IMG/VR virus record: IMGVR_UViG_3300044716_000883
Location: 1 to 64,000 of that record
From: a virus
DNA length: 64,000 nucleotides
Reading direction: 5' to 3' (one strand)
Positions 56,661 to 63,561 of the stretch are shown piece by piece. A program made the position numbers and the translations under genes. Numbering within the stretch: the stretch's first letter is position 1; each line of letters begins with the position of its first letter. The notes under the pieces were generated by a model. That model had not been told where the DNA came from. It did no database searches and saw only the letters and a list, made by a program, of their open reading frames with translations.

Positions 56661-57305
56661 ATGAAAATTATAGATAAACCATTAATAGTTGGAGGTGTTC
56701 AGTTGGGTGTTTTTCAAGCATACACCGACATCGAACCAGAACTAATCGCTACGGAATACCGTTCCCGTGTTTTACCCGCTCCTTTTTTTTATGAAAAGCG
56801 GTTGTTTTTTTATTTAGTTAAACGACACGAGCCGGGACAGAATAAGTTTTTTCCTAATGGTGGATTTGAGGTACGCGACGAGAGTGGTGGACTGAGATGT
56901 TATGATTTGGATCAGGTTATTATACATCCAGCCGTAATTAAACATAAGAAGACATTAGACAAAATGCACCGCACCGCGGAGAAAATTGCTAAGCAGAAAG
57001 AACGCGACGCGAAGCGTAGCGCTAAACCGAAACCGGAATCAACAGGGAAACGGGGTAGACCAGCACTAGACCCAGCACTTAAGGCAGCACGCGACGCCGA
57101 GAAAATAGCTAAATCGGAACGTAGTGGTGGTAAACGTGGCCGTCCAAAATCAGATAAAACACCAATCGTTAAGGCTAAAACAGGGGGTAAACGCGGCCGA
57201 CCAAAAGTAAGCGACGCTGTTATTGCGAGTCGTGTTGCAGCGAAAGCAGCGACTCGTGTCCGTACAGGGGGTAAACGTGGACGACCTAAATCAAATCGTA
57301 GGTAG
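56661..57305 (+). CDS. protein with four AT-hook (KRGRP) motifs
   Basis: GKRGRPA and three GGKRGRPK motifs in a basic C-terminal half. Confidence 0.75.
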   Translation: MKIIDKPLIVGGVQLGVFQAYTDIEPELIATEYRSRVLPAPFFYEKRLFFYLVKRHEPGQNKFFPNGGFEVRDESGGLRCYDLDQVIIHPAVIKHKKTLDKMHRTAEKIAKQKERDAKRSAKPKPESTGKRGRPALDPALKAARDAEKIAKSERSGGKRGRPKSDKTPIVKAKTGGKRGRPKVSDAVIASRVAAKAATRVRTGGKRGRPKSNRR

Positions 57306-57350
57306 GCCAAATTGTGTTCATATATTTGTGTTACACAAAAATTAAAATAT

Positions 57351-57524
57351 ATGCCAAAAGAATTAGACGAAGAACTAACACAACTAAACTACATGGAAAA
57401 GTTAGCTATTATCAATGCTAATGTTAAACATTTGGTTGACTACTACGATGACAACAATATGATGGATATGATTCCTGATTATGTTTGGGGTTACATTCTT
57501 AAAATTGAAAAATATAGTAAATAA
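57351..57524 (+). CDS. hypothetical protein
   Basis: Likely start 57351 after the promoter (track 57312). Confidence 0.5.
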   Translation: MPKELDEELTQLNYMEKLAIINANVKHLVDYYDDNNMMDMIPDYVWGYILKIEKYSK

Positions 57525-57577
57525 TTTGAAGCGGGGCAAAACCCGCTTCTTATATTTACGTTATAAAATTAATAAGT

Positions 57578-57733
57578 ATGTATAGTTTAAAATGTGATTA
57601 TTACGGAGCCGAATTTACCTGCATTGGTGATTTGATTGCTCATATTATGATTTCAGGTATGGATCCTGATTATGAAATTACTAAAGATGGTAAATCGATA
57701 GGTCAAAAAGCCATTGATTATATTTCATTTTAG
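57578..57733 (+). CDS. 51-aa hypothetical protein (not in ORF track)
   Basis: MYSLKCDYYGAEF...IDYISF* between two class I promoters. Confidence 0.55.
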   Translation: MYSLKCDYYGAEFTCIGDLIAHIMISGMDPDYEITKDGKSIGQKAIDYISF

Positions 57734-57784
57734 TGGGGTGGGGCAGGACCCAATTCATATCTTCATGTTATAAAATTAAAAAAT

Positions 57785-58003
57785 ATGAAAGAATTAAGTA
57801 AAAGAAGTAAAAAAATTGTAGATAATTGTATTATTAAAATTTATAATAATGAATTAAGTATAGGTGAAGTATATAATAAATGTGTTAAATATTATGGGAA
57901 TAGTGCATTTTGTTATTTTATAGATGAATTAGAAAGATTAAATATGTGTTATATAAGTGAAGGTATATTAGAAGAAAATAATAGATGTGATTGGAAAAAT
58001 TAA
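57785..58003 (+). CDS. hypothetical protein
   Basis: Follows a class I promoter; very AT-rich. Confidence 0.5.
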   Translation: MKELSKRSKKIVDNCIIKIYNNELSIGEVYNKCVKYYGNSAFCYFIDELERLNMCYISEGILEENNRCDWKN

Positions 58004-58064
58004 TTAAATAAAATAGGGTGGGGCAAAACACAATTTATATCTTCACGTTATAAAATTAATAGTT

Positions 58065-58289
58065 ATGATAACATTTGAACAATTAAAAGGCATATTATGT
58101 CAGGGCGAAGTAGAAATACAATACGATAATGAAGTACCTGATTCTGTTATTGGTGAAACAGAAAATAAATTTGAAAGGGCAAATACGTTGCTCGACCTAG
58201 TTAACATTTATGAAGATATGGGTTATGAAACACACACTGCCCATGAAGTAATTGTTAATACTATGATGCAATTAGCAACATTAGATTAG
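58065..58289 (+). CDS. hypothetical protein
   Basis: Follows a class I promoter. Confidence 0.55.
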   Translation: MITFEQLKGILCQGEVEIQYDNEVPDSVIGETENKFERANTLLDLVNIYEDMGYETHTAHEVIVNTMMQLATLD

Positions 58290-58338
58290 GCAGCGTTTCG
58301 TTTATATATTTACGTTACACAATTAAAAATTAAAAAAT

Positions 58339-58653
58339 ATGAAAGTTACACAAACGTTATTAATGGTTATGGTCGAAGTTCCGGTCCAAGTAGGTGAATT
58401 AAAATGTAAAGCACAAATGCAAGTTTGTAGAACACTTGGCACATTAAATGAGCCCAATGAAGGGGAAGATGAAATTGAATTTGCAGATATAAGTGATATT
58501 ACATATATGGGCATACCAATTGAAGGTTATAATAATTGGAGAAAGTTTAAGCAATTTCATTTGGAAATGGGAATTGATTGGGACAAGGCCCTTGCCCAAA
58601 AAATAAATGAAATGACAAATGATATTATAGAAGAAGTTAATGTAAGTTACTAA
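58339..58653 (+). CDS. hypothetical protein
   Basis: Follows a class I promoter. Confidence 0.55.
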   Translation: MKVTQTLLMVMVEVPVQVGELKCKAQMQVCRTLGTLNEPNEGEDEIEFADISDITYMGIPIEGYNNWRKFKQFHLEMGIDWDKALAQKINEMTNDIIEEVNVSY

Positions 58654-58718
58654 GTAAAAATGAGGCGGGGCAAAACCCGCTTCATACATTTACGGTACAC
58701 AAATAAAAATTAAAAGTT

Positions 58719-58922
58719 ATGAAATTAGAATTAGCGATTACAAAGGAAAGAGTACCTTACTTAGTAGAAGAATTAGGTGAAGATCGTATTGAAGTTAGAG
58801 AATACAATGACAACCAAGATTTAATCATATTTGAAGTGAATGATGGTATGGATGTATTATGTATATTTCATGCTGGGATTAGGTTTGGTAGTGATAGTAT
58901 GAGAAACGCTGTAGTGAGATAA
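58719..58922 (+). CDS. hypothetical protein
   Basis: Follows a class I promoter. Confidence 0.55.
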   Translation: MKLELAITKERVPYLVEELGEDRIEVREYNDNQDLIIFEVNDGMDVLCIFHAGIRFGSDSMRNAVVR

Positions 58923-58990
58923 TTAGTCGAGGCAGAATTAAGTTCCGATATTTACAATACACAAATAATAAATAAATAAAACAAAAGGTT

Positions 58991-59245
58991 ATGTCAAAAA
59001 GTACAACAGTAAAAAACACAGGTAAAAGAGGTCGTCCAACAGTAAGTAATTCAGCTCGTCAAGCGCGTTTAGCAGCAAGAGCGGCTCGCGTAGCAGCGGG
59101 TGGTGAAGTAAAGCGTGGTAGACCCGCTAGTCAAGGTTCAGCACGTCAAGCGAAATTAGCAGCTCAAGCAGCTAGAATCGCAGCTGGTGAAACGATTAAG
59201 CGTGGTCGCCCAGCAAAAGCATTGATCGTTGAATCAGTAGCTTAA
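58991..59245 (+). CDS. HMGA-like small protein with three AT-hooks
   Basis: Three KRGRP motifs separated by SARQA.LAA.AAR.AAG helices. Confidence 0.75.
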   Translation: MSKSTTVKNTGKRGRPTVSNSARQARLAARAARVAAGGEVKRGRPASQGSARQAKLAAQAARIAAGETIKRGRPAKALIVESVA

Positions 59246-59299
59246 TTAAAGTGGGTGGGGCGTAGCTCCACCCATATATTTACCACACAAATAAAAGTT

Positions 59300-59485
59300 A
59301 TGATAAATATACTAATAGAATTTCTATTTGGGGTTAAAGTCGTGGGTGAACCAATCAACATGGAATATGGCGTTGAGCAACCTAAACGCACCGTACAACC
59401 TCCGTCTAAGTTACCCGAGTTCGAATGGTGTCAACACGTACGATTCGGAAGCCTACACAACGTAGTGCAACGCGTCCACTTGTAG
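59300..59485 (+). CDS. hypothetical protein
   Basis: Likely start 59300 (track 59255). Confidence 0.45.
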   Translation: MINILIEFLFGVKVVGEPINMEYGVEQPKRTVQPPSKLPEFEWCQHVRFGSLHNVVQRVHL

Positions 59486-59528
59486 GGCAATGTCCCGTTC
59501 ATATATTCACGGTATAAAATTAAATGAT

Positions 59529-59816
59529 ATGAATAAGAAAGAAATTAAGAACATGATTACAAGGACAGTATGTCAGTTCGTTAGTGATTTAGGTTACAGT
59601 GTTGACGATGATGGGTTTCATGGTTCATTAACATTCCAAAAACACGGCTCATCAATTGATGATTCAATCGAATGGAATCGTAGTTACCAAGATGCAATAT
59701 GCCTTAATTGGGCGAGCGATGAAGCTAAAGCCGATTGTGAGGCGATTAACGAGTATATGAAATCAATAATCATATATTGGGAAGCTCAATATACACCGAA
59801 ACGTGCCGTGGCATAG
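59529..59816 (+). CDS. hypothetical protein
   Basis: Likely start 59529 (track 59490). Confidence 0.5.
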   Translation: MNKKEIKNMITRTVCQFVSDLGYSVDDDGFHGSLTFQKHGSSIDDSIEWNRSYQDAICLNWASDEAKADCEAINEYMKSIIIYWEAQYTPKRAVA

Positions 59817-59846
59817 TTCGGTTCGTATATTCACGGTATAAAATTA

Positions 59847-60095
59847 ATGAGTATGAAACAAAAGATGATTAAAGCGTACCACATCGAGCATGATGGATGC
59901 TATAGTAACATAGTAGTAATCAACACACATAAAGAACACGTTGATAATTACCACACTACGTTCTTCAAATTAGCAGACGCTAAACGTGAGTTATTGAGTA
60001 GCCTAAAGTTACATATAGATGAATACACATATGCTGCTAAACGTATTAGAGCGATTAATAACGAAACAGTACCTCAACGCGCTACGGCAGAGTAA
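59847..60095 (+). CDS. hypothetical protein
   Basis: Follows a class I promoter. Confidence 0.55.
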   Translation: MSMKQKMIKAYHIEHDGCYSNIVVINTHKEHVDNYHTTFFKLADAKRELLSSLKLHIDEYTYAAKRIRAINNETVPQRATAE

Positions 60096-60134
60096 CAATC
60101 GTATATTCACGTCATGATAAAATTAAAACGTATG
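60090..60134 (+). repeat. 45-nt direct repeat copy 1 (promoter plus leader)
   Basis: Matches 60589..60633 with 2 mismatches. Confidence 0.85.
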
Positions 60135-60332
60135 AAACAAACAGTAAGTAAAACAGGTGCTGCGTTATTAGCAGTATGGGCAGTAGTAATGGTAGCAGTA
60201 ATAGTAATTGGAGCTGGATCAGACGGTCCGATTGATGGCCCTGAACTCATTAACGCATGGACGTTCTACGGGTTCGTATTAGGTTTACCTACAATATCAG
60301 TTGCAATGATGAGATGGGGTGGTCAGAAATAA
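60114..60332 (+). CDS. 2-TM membrane protein
   Basis: Two TMs; alternative start at 60132. Confidence 0.55.
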   Translation: MIKLKRMKQTVSKTGAALLAVWAVVMVAVIVIGAGSDGPIDGPELINAWTFYGFVLGLPTISVAMMRWGGQK

Positions 60333-60363
60333 ACACATATATTCACGTCATAATAATAATGAT

Positions 60364-60594
60364 ATGAAACAAATAACAACACAACCAGTAGTAACATTTC
60401 AAGTAGGTGATCGCGTTCAATTCAACAGATCAATTAACGATCGAGGTATGAGTATGTGGTTAAACACTGAGTACGGTATCATAATTAAAATGAACAAAGT
60501 AACGGCGTTAGTTAAAACACAAACCGCAACGTGGAAAATAGACATAGATGAATTAACTCAATATGTTGATCCATTTAGCGGTTGGGCTGAGTAA
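60364..60594 (+). CDS. small SH3/KOW-like beta protein
   Basis: FQVGDRVQF...GIIIKMNKVTALVK; likely start 60364 (track 60319). Confidence 0.4.
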   Translation: MKQITTQPVVTFQVGDRVQFNRSINDRGMSMWLNTEYGIIIKMNKVTALVKTQTATWKIDIDELTQYVDPFSGWAE

Positions 60595-60633
60595 CGATCA
60601 TATATTCACGTCATGATAAAATTAAAACGTATG
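60589..60633 (+). repeat. 45-nt direct repeat copy 2
   Basis: GAGTAACGATCATATATTCACGTCATGATAAAATTAAAACGTATG. Confidence 0.85.
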
Positions 60634-60825
60634 GAATTAACATTACAAGAGTTAAATGAAGTGTATTACAGCTTAAATGTATTACTAAACGACAAAGATT
60701 CACATTTCGTTAATGTGGATGTAGTAACTAACCTGATAGATAAAATCGGTGATGAGATTGGACGTCTAGCTATGGATGAAGTAAATGAGGAAATAAACGA
60801 ATTAAAATTAACAGGTAAACTATAA
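60613..60825 (+). CDS. hypothetical protein
   Basis: Alternative start at 60631. Confidence 0.5.
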   Translation: MIKLKRMELTLQELNEVYYSLNVLLNDKDSHFVNVDVVTNLIDKIGDEIGRLAMDEVNEEINELKLTGKL

Positions 60826-60832
60826 TTAAAGT

Positions 60833-60988
60833 ATGAACACAAACGAATTAAAAGAACAACTACAACAGGACTTATTAAGTCTATTAGATGGAATGGGTAT
60901 TGAAGATACATTATCACCTAGTGATTATGAAAACCTCAAAAACGAAGTATGTGATATAGTAATTACTAACGTTAATAAATTAAAATAA
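60833..60988 (+). CDS. 51-aa acidic protein (not in ORF track)
   Basis: MNTNELKEQLQQDLL...VNKLK*. Confidence 0.5.
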   Translation: MNTNELKEQLQQDLLSLLDGMGIEDTLSPSDYENLKNEVCDIVITNVNKLK

Positions 60989-60995
60989 CCAGAGT

Positions 60996-61202
60996 ATGAA
61001 CGTAAACGAATTAATGAACATGAATGATATGTACTATGTAGGTAACATATACGATGTTGATGGTGATGGATGGGTATCGAAAGCGGAAGCACAAGCGATA
61101 TTAAATGAGATAGGCATGGGTGATGATAACTCAGGCGGATACGGTGACGAGTCACCAGATGAATACAAGCGCATGATGGCTACCGTGGGAATTAAAATCT
61201 AA
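60996..61202 (+). CDS. small acidic protein with an EF-hand-like loop
   Basis: DVDGDGWVSKAE. Confidence 0.45.
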   Translation: MNVNELMNMNDMYYVGNIYDVDGDGWVSKAEAQAILNEIGMGDDNSGGYGDESPDEYKRMMATVGIKI

Positions 61203-61480
61203 TGGGCATGATGCTCGGGCATACAAAGTTCTGAAGGATCGGGTCGCTAGCGGTTGTTAGCGTCCCGATAGCGGTCTGACGACGGAATGCTCCCATGATA
61301 ATTGCGGTCCATCGACGGGCCGTGGTTGCGCACAAAAAAGCTATGGGGATTTTCAACTCGCACACGATCTCTACGCCCCGACAGTATATACGCATATCCC
61401 CCATATTTATACCCGCATTTTCATTTAACCCATTTTGGAACCACTTGCGAAAACCTCAAAATCTCTTTTAAACAAAATTT
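61203..61480. other. GC-rich structured non-coding island
   Basis: Hairpins at 61238-61269 and 61301-61326; switch to C-rich sequence near 61370. Confidence 0.4.
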
Positions 61481-61483
61481 TTT

Positions 61484-61657
61484 ATGTCGAAAAAGTATAT
61501 ACAGGATTCATTGATGTTAACTAAAGAAGCATTCATCGAAGCGGCGTTACGTCAACAAACCGCGGAAGCCGCGCAATACGGATTAACACTTGATGAATGG
61601 CAACAAGCAATAATGAGTGGATCAGTTGTTCAGGCAAAACCTCCATCGGATATTTAA
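61484..61657 (+). CDS. 57-aa hypothetical protein (not in ORF track)
   Basis: MSKKYIQDSLMLTKEAFIEAALRQQ...PPSDI*. Confidence 0.5.
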   Translation: MSKKYIQDSLMLTKEAFIEAALRQQTAEAAQYGLTLDEWQQAIMSGSVVQAKPPSDI

Positions 61658-61675
61658 CCAAACAAATAAAAGGTT

Positions 61676-61873
61676 ATGGAAATGTTCTTATTTTACGTGT
61701 TATTCAGCGGATTATTCATCGCTGGGTTCGTCAGTATACGCGAACACGAAAACAATCATCGTCACACACTACTTGATCTATCAATTAACTTTATCGGTGG
61801 TATATTATTCGGTTGGTTAATGCTACCGATAGTTGTAATAATTTATTTAGGACAAATTCGATTAAAAAAATAG
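61676..61873 (+). CDS. 2-TM membrane protein
   Basis: Two hydrophobic segments. Confidence 0.55.
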   Translation: MEMFLFYVLFSGLFIAGFVSIREHENNHRHTLLDLSINFIGGILFGWLMLPIVVIIYLGQIRLKK

Positions 61874-61891
61874 TTTAAAACCACAAATCAA

Positions 61892-62062
61892 ATGAAATTA
61901 ACTAATATCTTACTAGTTTTATTAGGTCATATGGCCTTAATTTACCTTCATCGCTATCGTATGTCTGTCGTTGGAATTAGCCCATTACAATTTATGGGAT
62001 TTATGCTATTACACGCGATATGGCATTTCTTTACTGCTAAACGTGCGTATATACGTATCTAA
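61892..62062 (+). CDS. 56-aa membrane protein (not in ORF track)
   Basis: MKLTNILLVLLGHMALIYLH...AKRAYIRI*. Confidence 0.5.
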   Translation: MKLTNILLVLLGHMALIYLHRYRMSVVGISPLQFMGFMLLHAIWHFFTAKRAYIRI

Positions 62063-62137
62063 AGATTGGTGTTGGTAGCCACAAGACTATAATAGGGAGC
62101 GATGGCTTATTGCTGTTTGATATATTTATTGTAAACA

Positions 62138-62851
62138 ATGGCTACATTCAAAATAAAACTAGAAGACAAAGCTGCTTTTCTTAATCAAATGGAAAAAGCA
62201 GATGTTGAATTAAATACCAATCAAATGGTAGATAATGAGTTTAAGGGATATTTTGAAGTGACTATTGACGAACCAAAACAATTACAAATAGCTAAAGGTA
62301 TTTTAAAACAATCTCCAAAAATTAACACCATAAAAGAAATGGAAAATAACAAGAAAAAAATGACTAAAGACGAATTAAAAGAAATGGTTCGTCAAGAATT
62401 ACAAGCTGTATTAGCTGAAAAGAAAAAAGTTAAAGACGAAGACAAAGAAAAATTAGACGAGAACGAAGAAATTCTAGAAGAATCTCCTGCAGTTGAAATT
62501 TTATCTATCTTAGCTGGTGTTGCTGGTTTAGGTTTAGGTAGTGCGGCTATTATGAAAGCACAAGATGTTTTAAAAGCTAAAAAGCCAGAATTATTTAAGA
62601 AATTACAAGGTATCAGCGGTGCAATTGGTAAAGCAGATCCTTCTAAAAACTTAGAAGAAACTGAAGTAATTGAAGAATCTCCAGTAATGGATATCTTAGG
62701 TGTTTTAGCAGGTGTAGGTGGTTTAGGGTTAGGCAGTGCTGCTATCATGAAGTTACAAGATAAAATCAAACAAAAGAATCCAGAATTATACGCAAAATTA
62801 CAAAAGGCAAGTAGCGCTATTGGTGCAGCTGATCCTTCTAAGAAATTGTAA
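62138..62851 (+). CDS. putative internal head protein with a duplicated glycine-zipper module
   Basis: MTKDELKEMVRQEL motif; two ~60-aa repeats EESP...LAGV.GLGLGSAAIMK...ADPSK.L. Confidence 0.45.
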   Translation: MATFKIKLEDKAAFLNQMEKADVELNTNQMVDNEFKGYFEVTIDEPKQLQIAKGILKQSPKINTIKEMENNKKKMTKDELKEMVRQELQAVLAEKKKVKDEDKEKLDENEEILEESPAVEILSILAGVAGLGLGSAAIMKAQDVLKAKKPELFKKLQGISGAIGKADPSKNLEETEVIEESPVMDILGVLAGVGGLGLGSAAIMKLQDKIKQKNPELYAKLQKASSAIGAADPSKKL

Positions 62852-62876
62852 TAATTCACACATAATATAGAAAAGT

Positions 62877-62908
62877 AGGGTATCTTGAAAAAGATGCCCT
62901 TTTTCTTT
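62877..62908 (+). terminator. intrinsic terminator with a GAAA loop
   Basis: AGGGTATCTT-GAAA-AAGATGCCCT followed by TTTTCTTT. Confidence 0.85.
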
Positions 62909-62945
62909 GGAGGTATAAAATCCCCTTCGTAACTTCCACCTACGC

Positions 62946-63003
62946 GGGTTGGGAAAAAGGGAATGGGGGAAATGGGAAAAACGGCGAGGGGTTGGGGAAC
63001 GGG
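62946..63003 (+). other. G-quadruplex-prone tract (8 runs of 3 or more G)
   Basis: GGGTTGGGAAAAAGGGAATGGGGGAAATGGGAAAAACGGCGAGGGGTTGGGGAACGGG. Confidence 0.6.
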
Positions 63004-63035
63004 AAAGCACATATATTTATATATAAACATATATT

Positions 63036-63233
63036 ATGAGATACAAAAATAACGTATTAGATAAATTAACACAATTAGAATCTACTATTACTAAAATTCA
63101 ATTCCAAGTAAATAGAGGAATGGATCAAGATCAAATTTTAGAGTCTATTGAAGATTTAAAAGAACAAGTAGAAAAAACACGTGAAATGATTTCTTTAGAA
63201 GGAGATGATTTTGCACAACAATTCGCTAGATAA
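63036..63233 (+). CDS. small coiled-coil protein
   Basis: Preceded by CATATATTTATA. Confidence 0.55.
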   Translation: MRYKNNVLDKLTQLESTITKIQFQVNRGMDQDQILESIEDLKEQVEKTREMISLEGDDFAQQFAR

Positions 63234-63235
63234 TT

Positions 63236-63508
63236 ATGTGGTTAACATTATTAATTGTACATATTGTTGAGTTAGCTGTAGTTGGTGGTATATTACTAAT
63301 TAGACGTAATGCTGCGCTTGAAAAAGCAGTTGTTGAACAACGTCAATATATTGATGCTATTAGTATTATAATTGCTAATTCGGATGCTAAATTAAAGGAA
63401 TTAGATATTCAAGGTGCATTTGAAGCAGATGATGAAGTAGGAACATTCTTTAATAATTTAAAGGAAATCCAAACCATCATAAGTGATTTTAATAATTCTA
63501 GAAACTAG
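63236..63508 (+). CDS. TM plus coiled-coil protein
   Basis: N-terminal hydrophobic helix; GAFEADDEVG. Confidence 0.55.
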   Translation: MWLTLLIVHIVELAVVGGILLIRRNAALEKAVVEQRQYIDAISIIIANSDAKLKELDIQGAFEADDEVGTFFNNLKEIQTIISDFNNSRN

Positions 63509-63540
63509 TTTGGTTACGTAACTTTCCTTCCATATATTGG
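63509..63540 (+). promoter_or_regulatory. host-type promoter TTTG-N20-TATATTGG upstream of the sigma gene
   Basis: Fits Bacteroidetes -33/-7 spacing. Confidence 0.55.
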
Positions 63541-63561
63541 GAGTAAAATTAGGAAATCACT

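Larger units (their letters stand above)
48389..61656 (+). promoter_or_regulatory. array of 26 class I promoters, G(G/T)C(A/G)-N12-TAnnTT(T/C)A consensus
   Basis: Sites start at 48389, 48837, 49654, 50470, 51495, 51971, 52477, 52776, 53035, 53946, 55191, 56633, 57305, 57535, 57742, 58022, 58289, 58669, 58931, 59259, 59486, 59810, 60086, 60322, 60585, 61633; all have a 12-nt spacer and lie just upstream of an ORF. Confidence 0.85.

Noticed and set aside
61192-61820. Track ORFs 61192..61404, 61302..61514 and 61617..61820
   Set aside because: Atypical composition and no leaders; 61484..61657 and 61676..61873 fit better.
54521-62054. Palindrome GTATATAC (54521, 61384, 61495, 62047) as an operator
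   Set aside because: A rough estimate at about 30 percent GC gives 2-3 chance copies per 64 kb, so four is not distinguishable.
62392-63030. 212-aa minus-strand ORF
   Set aside because: Antisense to the repeat protein and runs through a terminator and the G tract.
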